DNA of 64,000 nucleotides from positions 64,001 through 128,000 of the forward strand of contig CAVUQH010000003.1 of the NCBI GenBank assembly GCA_963743525.1, read 5' to 3'. Below, one piece after another: positions 1-12,795 of this stretch. Position 1 is the first letter of the stretch; every line of letters begins with the position of its first letter. The position numbers were made by a program, and so were the translations under genes. The stretch is from an uncultured delta proteobacterium (lineage in GTDB: Bacteria; Myxococcota_A; Polyangia; Haliangiales; Haliangiaceae). The notes beneath the pieces are model-generated. The model was not told the origin of the DNA. It saw nothing but the letters and a program-made list of their open reading frames with translations, and made no database searches.

Positions 1-584
1 TATTCGTCGAGCTCGAGCCGCAATTTCTCCAGCGCGTAGCGCATACGGCTCTTCACGGTGTTTTCGGGCACGCCGACCACGTCGGCGATCTGCTTGAACG
101 GCATGTCGAGGAACTCGCGCATGAGGAACACCTCCCGCTGCTCCTCCGACAACGTGGCAATCGCCCGGTGGAGGGTCTGGTGGAGCTGGTTGCTCACTGC
201 TTTGCGATCCGTCGCCATGTCGTCGCCCGGCACTACATCGAGCAGAGTTCCGCTGTTGTCGGCGTCGCCGGCTCTCATCGGCGCGTCGAGTGACTGTGCT
301 CTCCGGTGTTTTTGCCGCCTGGAATTGTCAACGCACAGGTTGCGCGCAATGGTGTAAAGCCAGGTCGTGAACTTGGCTTTTCGCTGGTAGTTCTGCGCGC
401 CCTTGATGACGCGCAGGAACGTCTCCTGCAGCAGATCCTCCGCGCGTTCGCGGGATCCGACGAAGCGCAGGATGAAATTGAAGACCGGCTTCCGGTGCCG
501 GGTCAGCAAGATCTCGAAGGATCGGACGTCGCCCTTCTGGTAGAGCAACATCAGATCTTCATCGGCTTGGTCGCGCGACGTCAC
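1..584 (-). CDS. ECF sigma-70 factor (3' end runs off the window)
   Basis: Hand translation from GTG 584: MTSRDQADEDLMLLYQKGDVRSFEILL...AEDLLQETFLRV...KFTTWLYTIARNLCVD...PENTVKSRMRYAL, giving sigma regions 2 and 4. Absent from the ORF track because it is open-ended. Confidence 0.9.
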   Translation of the reverse strand, partial: MTSRDQADEDLMLLYQKGDVRSFEILLTRHRKPVFNFILRFVGSRERAEDLLQETFLRVIKGAQNYQRKAKFTTWLYTIARNLCVDNSRRQKHRRAQSLDAPMRAGDADNSGTLLDVVPGDDMATDRKAVSNQLHQTLHRAIATLSEEQREVFLMREFLDMPFKQIADVVGVPENTVKSRMRYALEKLRLELDE

Positions 585-817
585 GGGCGTTTTCGGGCCC
601 TGACGGCCCTTCCCTGGCGAATTTCGGCGCGCATGCTGATGAAGATTGGCCGTCGGCGGATGCGCCATTGACAGTACCCCATCGGTTCGGCTGCAGGCAA
701 ACCACGCGAGGACGCAGGCCGGCGCAGCCCACGTCCCCACCTTGGACCCGTGCAGCCAGATAACGCTTGGGGCCGGCGTTGATTTCACCCGCGATCCGGG
801 CCCGCGGGCAACCGGCC

Positions 818-1657
818 CTATCGGTGCTGACACCGCGGGCAGAAGAAAGTTGCCCGCCCGTCGTGAACGGCACGGGAGATTCGACCGTTACAGCCGCGAC
901 GAGGGCACGGCTCGCCGTCGCGGCCGTACACCCATAGATAATGAGCGTGCTCACCGGCATTGCCGTCGGCGTCGACGAAGTCGCGCAGACTGGTTCCGCC
1001 GTGATCGAGCGCGCGATCCAGCACCTCGCGCACCGCGAGCGCCAGTTGGTCGGCGCGCGGGCGGCTGAGGCGATGGGCGCGGAGTGACGGGCGGATCCCG
1101 GCCTGCCACAACGCCTCCGAGGCGTAGATGTTGCCGACGCCGGCGATCACCTGCTGATCGAGGAGCAGCGCCTTGAGGGTGCGGCGGCTGCGCCGGGCGG
1201 CGACGTGCAGGCGGGCCCCGTCCACGGTGTCGACCAGCGGATCCGGGCCCAGCTTGGCCAGCGATGGATGCTCCCGTTCGCGCCCCCTCTCCAGGGTCGA
1301 GACCAGCCCGAACCTGCGGGGATCACTGAAGCGGAGCTCGCGGTCGCCCATCCGCCAGACGACGTGGGTGTGGTCGGCGCGGGGCGCCTTGCGGTCGAAG
1401 AGGCGCAACCGGCCGCTCATCCCCAGGTGCACCAACACGGTGCCATGGGCGCGGCCATCGAAGTCGAGCAGCAGGTATTTGCCCAGGCGCCGGACCCCTT
1501 CGAGCGTGTGGCCCCGCGAGACGCGGGTCAGCGCCGGCACGTCGATCGGCCGGTTGAGCCGCAGCGGCAGGCCGCTGGTCCAGACCGAGGTCACCCGGCT
1601 GCCAATCGCCGGGGCCAGCGTCAGCCTGACCGTCTCGACTTCGGGCAGCTCGGGCAT
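818..1657 (-). CDS. mutM: Formamidopyrimidine-DNA glycosylase
   Basis: N-terminal MPELPEVE, HLGMSG, GVGNIYASE, and a C-terminal CxxxxC...CPRCQ zinc finger. Confidence 0.97.
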   Translation of the reverse strand: MPELPEVETVRLTLAPAIGSRVTSVWTSGLPLRLNRPIDVPALTRVSRGHTLEGVRRLGKYLLLDFDGRAHGTVLVHLGMSGRLRLFDRKAPRADHTHVVWRMGDRELRFSDPRRFGLVSTLERGREREHPSLAKLGPDPLVDTVDGARLHVAARRSRRTLKALLLDQQVIAGVGNIYASEALWQAGIRPSLRAHRLSRPRADQLALAVREVLDRALDHGGTSLRDFVDADGNAGEHAHYLWVYGRDGEPCPRRGCNGRISRAVHDGRATFFCPRCQHR

Positions 1658-2514
1658 CAGCCATCCTCGGCCGGCATCGCGCCGGTCAACGCGGCGAACT
1701 CGGCGATGGTCAGGGTCTCGCCCCGGCGGCCGCCGTCGATGTCGGCACCGGTCAGCGCCGCGTCGGTGCGGTCGTCGCCGAAGCGCGCCCGCAGCGCGTT
1801 GCGCAGGGTCTTTCGCCGCACCGCGAAGGCCGCGTGAACGACGTCGGAGTACCGGCCGTGATCATCGATCGGCGACCGCGACTCGCCGCCCTGGATCGGC
1901 ACCATCTTCAACACCGCCGACTCGACCTTGGGCGGCGGCACGAAACAGCCGCGACTGGCACGCACCACCAGCGAGGCGTCGAAGTAGGTCTGCAGCATCA
2001 CACCGAGGGCGCCGTAGGTCTTGCTCCCCGGGGGCGCCAGGATCCGGTCGGCCATCTCGCGCTGCAGCATCACCACCGCGCGGCTCACCGACGCGCGCGC
2101 GGCGTGGATGCGAAACAAGATCTGCGACGCGATGTTGTACGGCAGGTTGCCGCACACGGCGATAGGCTCTCCGCGCCAGCGGGCGACCGCGCCGAGGTCG
2201 TAGGTCAGCGCGTTGGCTTCGGTGACGTCGACGTTGTCGAGATGACCGAGCTCGGCTTGCAGCACGCGCACCATGTCGCGGTCGCGCTCGACCGCGATCA
2301 CCTTGCCCTCGGGGACGCGCTCGGCCAGGCGCATGGTCAACGTGCCGAGGCCGGCGCCGATCTCGACCACCCAGTCGGCGTCGGTGGCGACGGTCGCGTC
2401 GACGATCCCGCGGTAGACTCGCTCGGAGACGAGGAAGTTCTGGCCCCACGACTTCTTGGCCGCCAGTCCGTGGCGTTCGAGCAGAACGCGCGCGTCGGGG
2501 AACGGCTCGCCCAT
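1657..2514 (-). CDS. rsmA: 16S rRNA adenine dimethyltransferase (KsgA)
   Basis: KKSWGQNFL, VEIGAGLG, GNLPYNI, PPPKVESAV. Start set to ATG 2514, which overlaps the tsaD stop. Confidence 0.96.
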   Translation of the reverse strand: MGEPFPDARVLLERHGLAAKKSWGQNFLVSERVYRGIVDATVATDADWVVEIGAGLGTLTMRLAERVPEGKVIAVERDRDMVRVLQAELGHLDNVDVTEANALTYDLGAVARWRGEPIAVCGNLPYNIASQILFRIHAARASVSRAVVMLQREMADRILAPPGSKTYGALGVMLQTYFDASLVVRASRGCFVPPPKVESAVLKMVPIQGGESRSPIDDHGRYSDVVHAAFAVRRKTLRNALRARFGDDRTDAALTGADIDGGRRGETLTIAEFAALTGAMPAEDG

Positions 2515-3530
2515 CAGGATGAGGCGCCGGGCAGCGGCAGGCGGGCGACGGCGTTCATCTCCAGCCCCGAACGCTGGCCCCGGCGCAGGCGGTAATAGCC
2601 GGCAGCGGCGATCATCGCCGCGTTGTCGGTGCAGCGCTTGATGGGCGGCACGTGTACGCGGAAGCCATCTTCCTCGCCGGCCGCGCGCATGGTCGCGCGC
2701 AGTCCCGAGTTGGCGGCGACGCCACCGCACATCTGCAGGTCGCCGAGCTGCTCGCGGCGCACCGCCTTGCGCGTCTTGCGCACCAGCTGCTCGACCACCG
2801 CGGCCTGGAAGCTGGCGCAGAGGTCGGCCATCGCCTGGCCCTCGGGCACGCCGTTGGCGCGCACGTGGTTGAGCATCGCGGTCTTGAGCCCGCTGTACGA
2901 CATGTCGTAACCGGTGTCGCCCGCGAGCATCGCCCGCGGCAGCTCGACGGCGGTCGGGTCGCCGGTCTTGGCCAGGCGATCGATGGCCACGCCGCCCGGA
3001 TAGCCCAGGCCGAGCAACTTGGCGACCTTGTCGAACGCCTCGCCGGCGGCGTCGTCGCGCGTCGCGCCCAGCTCGCGGAAGGCGCCGAAATCCTCGACGC
3101 GAATGATCGACGAATGCCCGCCCGAGACGACCAGCGCCAGGTGCGGCATCGGCGGCGGGTCGGGCTCGAGGTAGATGGCGGTCATGTGCCCTTCGAGATG
3201 GTTGACGCCGATGAGCGGCAGGCCGCGGGCATAGGCGATCGCCTTGGCGGTCTGAATCGCCACCAGCAGCGCCCCCGACAGCCCCGGGCCCTGCGTCACG
3301 GCCACCCCATCGATGGCGTCGAGGGTCAGCCCGGCATCGTCGAGCGCCTTGCGCAACACCGGCACCACGTTGACGACGTGGGCGCGCGAGGCGATCTCGG
3401 GGACCACGCCGCCGAACGGCGCGTGCACTTCGACCTGCGAGGCGACCGCCTCCGACACGACGCGAACGCCGTCCTCGACCACCGCGGCGGCGGTCTCGTC
3501 GCAGGAGCTCTCGAAACCCAGAACCAGCAT
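2514..3530 (-). CDS. tsaD: tRNA t6A threonylcarbamoyltransferase
   Basis: ESSCDETAAAV, GGVVPEIASRAH, HLEGH, VSGGHS, DDAAGEAFDK, CTDNAAMI. Confidence 0.97.
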   Translation of the reverse strand: MLVLGFESSCDETAAAVVEDGVRVVSEAVASQVEVHAPFGGVVPEIASRAHVVNVVPVLRKALDDAGLTLDAIDGVAVTQGPGLSGALLVAIQTAKAIAYARGLPLIGVNHLEGHMTAIYLEPDPPPMPHLALVVSGGHSSIIRVEDFGAFRELGATRDDAAGEAFDKVAKLLGLGYPGGVAIDRLAKTGDPTAVELPRAMLAGDTGYDMSYSGLKTAMLNHVRANGVPEGQAMADLCASFQAAVVEQLVRKTRKAVRREQLGDLQMCGGVAANSGLRATMRAAGEEDGFRVHVPPIKRCTDNAAMIAAAGYYRLRRGQRSGLEMNAVARLPLPGASS

Positions 3531-3575
3531 GCGGGCCTATTGATGGCAGGGGCCGGGGCCGCTTTCAAGCACCGG

Positions 3576-5961
<2,386 letters not shown>

Positions 5962-6083
5962 TCAGTCCGTTCCCCCGGGTGATGCTCTGGCCACGACGCG
6001 GTGCCAGCTCCGCGCGGTTGGCCGTATAATCGCGGAAATCTTAGCCTATACGCAGATTCGCCGCCAACCCACGCCCGCCCGAG

Positions 6084-7259
6084 ATGCCGTCTGACCCTGA
6101 GATTTACCTGCCCTACGGGGGCCGCCCGCTGCGCGTGCAGCTGCCCGGCGGGGCAATCGTGGCCGATTTGCCGACACCGGCGACGCCGCCGGGTGAGCTC
6201 GACGTGATGCTTCGCCGGGCCCTCGACGCACCGATCGACTCGTCCCGGCTCGAAGATCTGGCCCGCGGCATCCGGCAGGTGCTGATAATCGTTAGCGACG
6301 CGACGCGGGACGACCCCCGGAGGGAGCTCCTCACCGCGGTCCGCGAGCGCCTTCCGCCTGGCGTCGGCCTGACCATCGCCATCGCCAACGGCACCCATGC
6401 CCCGGCCGGGCCCACGGCGCTGGGACTCGAACCGGGTCTCCTGGCCGGCGCTCGCATCGTCGATCACGACTCGCGCGACCCGTCGGCGCTGGTGCGCGTC
6501 GGCGTGACCGGGGCAGGCACGCCGGTCATCGTCAATCGCTGCGTCATGGACGCGCAGCTGGTCGTCGCCACTGGACGGATCAAGCCCCACTATTTCGCCG
6601 GCTACGGCGCCGGCGCCAAGGCGCTGTTTCCCGGCCTGGGCGAGAACGACGCCATCCGCACCAATCACGAGATGAAGAGGCTACCGGGCGCGGCGCCGGG
6701 AACCGTGGACGGCAATCCGTGCCGTGCCGACCTCGAGGAGGCGGCGCGGTTGGTGCCGCGACCACAGTTCCTGCTCAACGCGGTGTTGGATGCCGACGGG
6801 GGTGCGAGGGACGCCGTCGCCGGTAACGTCGAGTCGGCCTTCCGCGCGGGCGCAGCGGCGGCGGCGCCGCTGTTCACCGTGTGCGCGCCTCGCTCGCGCT
6901 GCGTGGTCGTTTCCGATCACCTGCCGTTGACGGGAAGTCTGTATCAAGCCTCGAAGTTGGTGGCCGCGGCGGCGCCGCTGGTAGAGGATGGAGGGACGGT
7001 GGTGGTGGCGGCACAATGTCCGGAGGGCACCGGACCGCTTCGGGTCGTGAACGAGGCGATCTACGAGCTCGGCATTCGCCCTCGCCTGCCCGCGCGGCAT
7101 CGCGTCGTGTTGGTCTCCGACCTGAGCGACGAAGCCGTCGCCGCGACCTACTGTGAAGCGGCGGGATCAGTCGAAGAGGCGCTGCTTGGGTGTGGGGAAA
7201 AGCCTGTCATCCTTCCACGAGCTGGCGTGGCTCTCGTGCGCGTGGAGACGGCTTCGTGA
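6084..7259 (+). CDS. Lactate racemase LarA-family (nickel-pincer) protein
   Basis: Motifs SDATR, ANGTH, VDHD, PHYFAGYGAGAK, TNH and YQASK match LarA family catalytic positions. Confidence 0.85.
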   Translation: MPSDPEIYLPYGGRPLRVQLPGGAIVADLPTPATPPGELDVMLRRALDAPIDSSRLEDLARGIRQVLIIVSDATRDDPRRELLTAVRERLPPGVGLTIAIANGTHAPAGPTALGLEPGLLAGARIVDHDSRDPSALVRVGVTGAGTPVIVNRCVMDAQLVVATGRIKPHYFAGYGAGAKALFPGLGENDAIRTNHEMKRLPGAAPGTVDGNPCRADLEEAARLVPRPQFLLNAVLDADGGARDAVAGNVESAFRAGAAAAAPLFTVCAPRSRCVVVSDHLPLTGSLYQASKLVAAAAPLVEDGGTVVVAAQCPEGTGPLRVVNEAIYELGIRPRLPARHRVVLVSDLSDEAVAATYCEAAGSVEEALLGCGEKPVILPRAGVALVRVETAS

Positions 7260-7870
7260 GCGAGAGCCTTCGCGACCTACTCGAGCGCGGCGCCGAACAA
7301 CTGGGCGTCGGCATCCCCGATGAGGTCGCGCTCCGCGTCTTGAAGTTTCTGATCTTACTCGAGAAATGGAACGCGCGGATCAACTTGACGGGCACTCGGA
7401 ACGACCGCGAAATCGTCGAACGGCACCTGCTCGACTCGATGGCGCTACTTCCGCACGTTCCCGCCGACGCGCGGCGGCTGGTCAACGTTGGCAGCGGTGC
7501 CGGCCTCCCGGGCGCGGTGCTCGCGATGTTTCGACCCGAGCTGACCGTGACGGCGCTGGAGCCGATCCGGAAGAAGCACGCATTCCTCGCCGCCCTCCGA
7601 CGCGAGCTTCCGTTGGCCAATTTCGATCCCCACCCACAGCGGGTCGAGGCCTACCGAGGGTCGGCGGCGTTCGACCCATTCGACGTGGCGGTCTCGCGCG
7701 CGACCTGGCCGGTCGGCGAATGGCTCCACGTTGGCGCCACGCTGGTCCGGCCGGGCGGCGTGGTGCTGGGGATGGAGGGGGCCGACGCCACCGACCTTCC
7801 GGTGGACGTCACCCGGCATCCCTACCAGCTGGCCGACCGCACGCGCGCCATCATCTGCTGGCCGCGCTGA
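7256..7870 (+). CDS. rsmG: 16S rRNA m7G527 methyltransferase (GidB)
   Basis: WNARINLT, RHLLDS, (N)VGSGAGLPG, VSRA. GTG start overlaps the larA stop (GTGA). Confidence 0.93.
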   Translation: MSESLRDLLERGAEQLGVGIPDEVALRVLKFLILLEKWNARINLTGTRNDREIVERHLLDSMALLPHVPADARRLVNVGSGAGLPGAVLAMFRPELTVTALEPIRKKHAFLAALRRELPLANFDPHPQRVEAYRGSAAFDPFDVAVSRATWPVGEWLHVGATLVRPGGVVLGMEGADATDLPVDVTRHPYQLADRTRAIICWPR

Positions 7871-8128
7871 CCGCGACCGGTTGGCCAGCTGGGGATGGGG
7901 GGCCGACGCCACCGACCTTCCGGTGGACGTCATCCGGCATCCCTACCGGCTGGCCGACCGCACGCGCGCCATCATCTGCTGGCCGCGCTGACCGCGACCG
8001 GTTGGCCAGCTGGGGATGGGGGGCCGACGCCACCGACCTTCCGGTGGACGTCATCCGGCATCCCTACCAGCTGGCCGACCGCACGCGCGCCATCATCTGC
8101 TGGCCGTCGCTGACCGCGACCGGTTGGC
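7765..8128 (+). repeat. About 121-bp tandem repeat x3 duplicating the rsmG 3' end
   Basis: gccgacgccaccgaccttccggtggacgtc recurs at 7781, 7902 and 8023. Confidence 0.95.
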
Positions 8129-8129
8129 T

Positions 8130-8849
8130 CTAGCGGGCTGTGGATTGTTCCACGTGGAACAAGCGAGTCAGGTCGAGGGCCTCGGCGGCCCGCCCGAGGG
8201 CCTCCAGGTCGGTCCCATCTTCCAGTCTGGGAAGGCGTCCGAGGATGGGAACTCCCGGTCCGACGAGCCGTCGAATCTGCTCCGCGTTCTGCTGCGCGGC
8301 CGCTTCGCTGCTGCTATCGCAGGCGGATAGGACGATGCCAGCCACCGTCAGACCTCGGGTCCGGGCGACTTCCACGGTCAACGCCGTGTGGTTGATGGTC
8401 CCGAGGGCGTCCCTCGCGACCACCAACAGGGGCAGCCCGAGGTGCGCCGCGAGGTCGGCCATCGTCATCGCCTCCGTCAGCGGGACGAGCAATCCGCCGG
8501 CCCCTTCGACCAGGAACAGGTCGGCGGCCCGGGCTCGTTCCACGGCCCGTTCGATGGCGGCGAGGTCGATCGTCACCCCCTCCGCCGTGGCCGCCACGCC
8601 CGGCGCCACCGGCGTCCGCAGGCGGAACGGGCAGACATCGGCCGGGTCCTGCCAGCCCCCTGCGGCCGCCCGGAGCAGCGTCGCATCTGCAGGGACCAGC
8701 CTGTGCTTCTCATCCTCCGCACAGCCGGACTCGGCCGGCTTGAGGGCGGCGACCCGGAGCCCGCGCTGCCGCGCGGCGACCAGGATGGCCGCGGCCACGG
8801 TTGTCTTGCCGACGCCCGTATCGGTTCCGGTGACGAAGTAGCCGCTCAC
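8130..8849 (-). CDS. bioD: Dethiobiotin synthetase
   Basis: [35 protein letters not shown]. Confidence 0.97.
   Translation of the reverse strand: MSGYFVTGTDTGVGKTTVAAAILVAARQRGLRVAALKPAESGCAEDEKHRLVPADATLLRAAAGGWQDPADVCPFRLRTPVAPGVAATAEGVTIDLAAIERAVERARAADLFLVEGAGGLLVPLTEAMTMADLAAHLGLPLLVVARDALGTINHTALTVEVARTRGLTVAGIVLSACDSSSEAAAQQNAEQIRRLVGPGVPILGRLPRLEDGTDLEALGRAAEALDLTRLFHVEQSTAR
8146..8161. promoter_or_regulatory. parS centromere-like site
   Basis: Perfect 16-bp palindrome TGTTCCACGTGGAACA matching the bacterial parS consensus, inside the bioD 3' end. Confidence 0.85.
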
Positions 8850-10183
8850 CCGAGGACGTCCACGATCGCCTTGCCGGTGGCGTCCACGAGCTGCGCCATC
8901 TCCGCCTCGCTGATGCAGAGTGGCGGCATCAGCACCACCACGTCGCCCAGCGGCCGCAAGATGACGCCGTGCCGGCGGACCGCCTCACAGACCCGGGCGC
9001 CCGTGAACGAGCTCGGCTCCAACGCCTCCCCGGCCGGGCTGCCCAGCTCGATCCCGCACATCAGGCCCCGCTGGCGAATCTCCCGGATCCACGGCAGGCG
9101 GTCCTTCAGCCGCGCCAGCCCTGCCCGCAGCTGCGCCGACCGCGCCCGGACGTTTTCCAGGGTTCCGTCGGTGTCGAAGAGCTCCAGGCACGCGATCGCG
9201 GCCGCACAGGCGAGCGGATTGCCCGTGTACGTGTGCCCGTGGAAGAACGTCTTCATGGCCGCCCTCGGGCCTAGAAATGCCCGATAGACCTCGTCGGTGG
9301 CCAGGGTCGCCGCCAGCGGGAGGTAGCCCCCGGTGAGGCCCTTGGCCACGCACAGGAAGTCCGGCTCGACCCCTTCCTGCTCGCAGGCGAACATCGTCCC
9401 GGTGCGGCCGAAGCCGGTCGCCACTTCGTCGGCGATGAGCAACACCTCGTGCTTCCGGCAGAGCTCGGCGACGCCCCGGAGGTAGCCGTCGGGCTGCGCG
9501 AGCATGCCCGCTGCCCCCTGCATGAGCGGCTCGAGGATGAGGGCGGCTACCGATTCCGCTTCCTCCACGAGCAGCTGTTCGAGGGCAGCCAGCGCCCGCT
9601 CGCGGCGCTCGTCGGGCGTCGCGCCATGCTGGGGAGAGGGAGCCCGAAGGTGCAGCGCTCCACCCTCGGGCAGTAGCGGCCCGAACACCTCGTGGAAGAC
9701 CGAGATTCCCCCGACCGCGACCGCCCCCAGCGTGTCGCCGTGGTAGGCCTGATCCAGGTAGATGAAGCGCCTCTTGGACGCGCGGCCACGCAGCTGCCAG
9801 TACTGAAACGCCTGTTTCAGCGCGATCTCGACCGCCGTGGAGCCGGAATCCGAGTAGAAGACCTTCGACAGCCGGCCTGGAGCCAGCGCCACCAGGCGTT
9901 CGGCCAGCTGCACCGACGGCGGGCTGGCCAGGCCCAACAGGGTGGTATGGGCCACCTTCTTCAGCTGCGCCTCGATGGCGGCGTTGATCTCCGGCCGGCA
10001 ATGGCCGTGGACGTTGACCCAGAGGGAGGCCACGCCATCGAGGTACTCCCGCCCGTTGGTGTCGATGAGGTAGGAGCCACTGGCCCGTTCGATCACGAGC
10101 GGATCGTCGTCGTTCCACTCCTGCATCTGGGTGAACGGGTGCCAGACGAAGCGCTTGTCGCGCTCGGAGATGTCGCTTGCCAT
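8846..10183 (-). CDS. bioA: Adenosylmethionine-8-amino-7-oxononanoate transaminase
   Basis: [54 protein letters not shown]. Confidence 0.97.
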   Translation of the reverse strand: MASDISERDKRFVWHPFTQMQEWNDDDPLVIERASGSYLIDTNGREYLDGVASLWVNVHGHCRPEINAAIEAQLKKVAHTTLLGLASPPSVQLAERLVALAPGRLSKVFYSDSGSTAVEIALKQAFQYWQLRGRASKRRFIYLDQAYHGDTLGAVAVGGISVFHEVFGPLLPEGGALHLRAPSPQHGATPDERRERALAALEQLLVEEAESVAALILEPLMQGAAGMLAQPDGYLRGVAELCRKHEVLLIADEVATGFGRTGTMFACEQEGVEPDFLCVAKGLTGGYLPLAATLATDEVYRAFLGPRAAMKTFFHGHTYTGNPLACAAAIACLELFDTDGTLENVRARSAQLRAGLARLKDRLPWIREIRQRGLMCGIELGSPAGEALEPSSFTGARVCEAVRRHGVILRPLGDVVVLMPPLCISEAEMAQLVDATGKAIVDVLG

Positions 10184-11377
10184 CAGGATGCCTCGGGAAG
10201 GAGCCCAGCGGCCGCGAGCTCGGCCAGGCCGTCAAGAAGCCGGTGGATGTCGTCGGGCGTATGGGTCGCCATCAGGGCCACCCGGAGCCGAGATGTTCCA
10301 CGTGGAACAGTGGGAGGACGGATGCCCTGCGCATAGATACCGCGCTCGAGCAACGCCGCCGAACACTCCATCGCGCGACCTTCCTCGCCCACCAGAATCG
10401 GGAAGATCGGGCTCGAACCAGCACCTCGCAGCAAGCCACCCCCGCCGGGATAGACCACGGCAAAGATCGTCGATCCGGCCCCGGAGACGCCGCCGCAAGT
10501 CGTCCCCCTGGGCGCCGCGCGCCAGTGCCACCGCCGTGCGGCTCGCCGCCGCAACCCCGGGCGGGAGCGCGGTCGTGAAGACGAAGCTGCGCGCCCGGTT
10601 GAGCAGAAACTCGCGGAGCGCCGCCGGGCCGGCGACATAGGCGCCAAAGCTGCCGAACGCCTTCCCCAGCGTGCCGACCAGGACATCCGGCACGACACCC
10701 AGCTCCGCAGCGATGCCCCGACCCGACGGCCCCAGCGCACCGACGGCGTGGGCCTCGTCCAGCATCAGCAGTGCGCCCGCCCGGTCGCAAGCTGCCCGCA
10801 AGCCGGCCACGTCCGCTCGGTTTCCGTCCATGGAGAAGACCGAGTCCGACACGACGACCTTCCGCCGCGCGGTCGACGCGGCCAATGCGGCGTCGAGCGC
10901 CGGCAGGTCGCCGTGGGGCACGACCGTGACCTTGGCCCGCGACAGCCGGCAGCCGTCGATGATGCTCGCGTGGTTGAGTTGGTCCGAGAAAATCTCATCG
11001 TCCGGGCCGGCGATGGCTTGCAACGTGCCGACGTTCGCCTGGTAGCCGGAGTTGAAGAGCAGCGCCGCCTCGACCTCGTGCAGCGCCGCCAGCTCCTGCT
11101 CGAGCAGCTCGTGCTCGACCATGTTGCCGACGATCAAGCGCGACGCGCCCGCACCGGCACCCGACTCGCGGACTGCCGCGGAGCTCGCCAGCACGACCTC
11201 CCGATGACCCGCTAACCCAAGGTAATTGTTAGAGGAGAAGTTCAGAACGCGGGCGCCATCGAGGACGATCTCACGCGACTGAATGCCGCTCACTCGACGC
11301 AACTGCCGCCGCAACCCGGCATCAGCCAGGGCGTCGAGCTCGGCACGCCACGGCGCGGAACGATCGGGGCCGGACAC
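10183..11377 (-). CDS. bioF: 8-amino-7-oxononanoate synthase (frameshift near 10440)
   Basis: [24 protein letters not shown] and GTLGKAFG lie in ORF 10232-11377. The C-terminal SPIFP...[16 protein letters not shown] is in the frame ending at 10183. The shift lies in or near the C-run at 10439-10443. Confidence 0.93.
10294..10309. promoter_or_regulatory. parS centromere-like site
   Basis: Second perfect TGTTCCACGTGGAACA, inside bioF (codons of T-V-P-R-G-T). Confidence 0.8.
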
Positions 11378-11448
11378 GGCGCGGGAGACTAGATCGATCC
11401 GCGCGCCAATACCAGGTTCACATCGGACGCCGCCCGCCGGCCCCGCTG

Positions 11449-12756
11449 CTACTTGCCGATACAGAATCGAGCGAACAGCGCATCCAGAAGCTCCTCGCCG
11501 ACGCGCTCACCCGTCAGCTCGGCCAGCGCTTCGCACGCCGCCCGCGCCTCCAGCGCGCGAACTTCCGTCGGCGACGGCTCGCCCGCCGCGGCGAACGCGT
11601 CTGCCGCTCGGACGAGGAGCTCGTGTTGCCGCGCGGTCGTGACCACGGCGCCCTCGTCTGCGTCGGCGACCGAGCCGAGCACGCGCGCGAGCACCGCCGC
11701 CCGCAGCGCGTCGATACCCTGGCCGGTCAACGCCGACGTCGCCAGCATCCCGTCGACGCCATCCGGATCCAGGTCGGCCTTGCTCACCACGTGCAGCTCG
11801 CGCGGCTCGGCCGAATCCGGAGTGCGCGCTCCCGGCGCCGGATGAACGACGATGACCACGTCGGATTCTCCTGCGCGGCGCCGGCCGCGCTCCATTCCCG
11901 CGCGCTCGGCTTCGCTGCTCGCCGACTCCCGCGTGCCCGCCGTATCGACCAGCGTCACCGGGATCCCGTCCCAGACCACGCGCGCCTCGACGACGTCGCG
12001 GGTCGTTCCCGGCTCGGCGGTGACGATGGCGCGATCTTCTCCGGCCAGCGCGTTGAGCAGGCTCGACTTGCCCGCGTTGACCGGGCCGACGAGCGCTGCC
12101 TCCACACCACCGCGCAGCGCCTTGCCCAGGCGAAAGGTCGACGCCAGCGTTCGCGCCGCGGCGGCCAGCTCCCGCGCCTGCTCGCGACCGCCGCCGGTGA
12201 TTGCGTTGACGTCGTCCTCGGGAAAATCGATGGCCGCCTCGAGCAGCGCCAGCAGCTCGGTGCCGCCGGCGCGCAGCTCGGCGACACGCGCCCCCAGGCC
12301 ACCGGCCAGCTGCGCCTGGGCAATCCGCCAGGCCCGCTCACTCCCGGCCTCGATGACCGACAGCAGTGCCTCGGCGCGGTCCAACGGCAGCCGCTCGTTC
12401 TCGAAGGCGCGCCGACTGAACTCGCCGGGCTCGGCGGCGCGAGCGCCGGCGCCCAGCACCGCGGCCAACAACCGCGCCAGGTTGATGGCGCCGCCGTGGC
12501 CGTGGATCTCGGCCACATCCTCGCCGGTGAACGAGCGCGGCCCACGCATCGCCACCACCAGAACCTCGTTAACCCGCTCACCATCGGCGTCGCGAACCAC
12601 GCCGTGTGTCAACCGCCGGTCTTGCAGCTGCTCCGGACTGCGTCCGACCAGGCGCGCCGCGATGGCGACCGCGTCTGCTCCACTCAGGCGGATGACACCA
12701 ATACCCCCCGCTCCCGCGGGAGTGGCGATCGCCGCAATCGTCTCGTTGCCGCTCAT
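11449..12756 (-). CDS. mnmE: tRNA modification GTPase
   Basis: [35 protein letters not shown]-terminal FCIGK. Confidence 0.97.
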   Translation of the reverse strand: MSGNETIAAIATPAGAGGIGVIRLSGADAVAIAARLVGRSPEQLQDRRLTHGVVRDADGERVNEVLVVAMRGPRSFTGEDVAEIHGHGGAINLARLLAAVLGAGARAAEPGEFSRRAFENERLPLDRAEALLSVIEAGSERAWRIAQAQLAGGLGARVAELRAGGTELLALLEAAIDFPEDDVNAITGGGREQARELAAAARTLASTFRLGKALRGGVEAALVGPVNAGKSSLLNALAGEDRAIVTAEPGTTRDVVEARVVWDGIPVTLVDTAGTRESASSEAERAGMERGRRRAGESDVVIVVHPAPGARTPDSAEPRELHVVSKADLDPDGVDGMLATSALTGQGIDALRAAVLARVLGSVADADEGAVVTTARQHELLVRAADAFAAAGEPSPTEVRALEARAACEALAELTGERVGEELLDALFARFCIGK

Positions 12757-12795
12757 CGGGCGACGCTCACCGTCGCCGCTCGCCGGCGGCGCGCC

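Noticed and set aside
7765..8128. Repeat arrays (also 24485-24609, 36780-36859 and 52944-53300) as CRISPR
   Set aside because: Units are contiguous with no unique spacers, they derive from adjacent coding sequence, and no cas genes are present.
10183..11377. bioF, gyrB and dnaX as true pseudogenes
   Set aside because: Each has a single indel in a homopolymer, motif or repeat context with otherwise intact sequence, and gyrB and dnaX are essential. An assembly error is more parsimonious.
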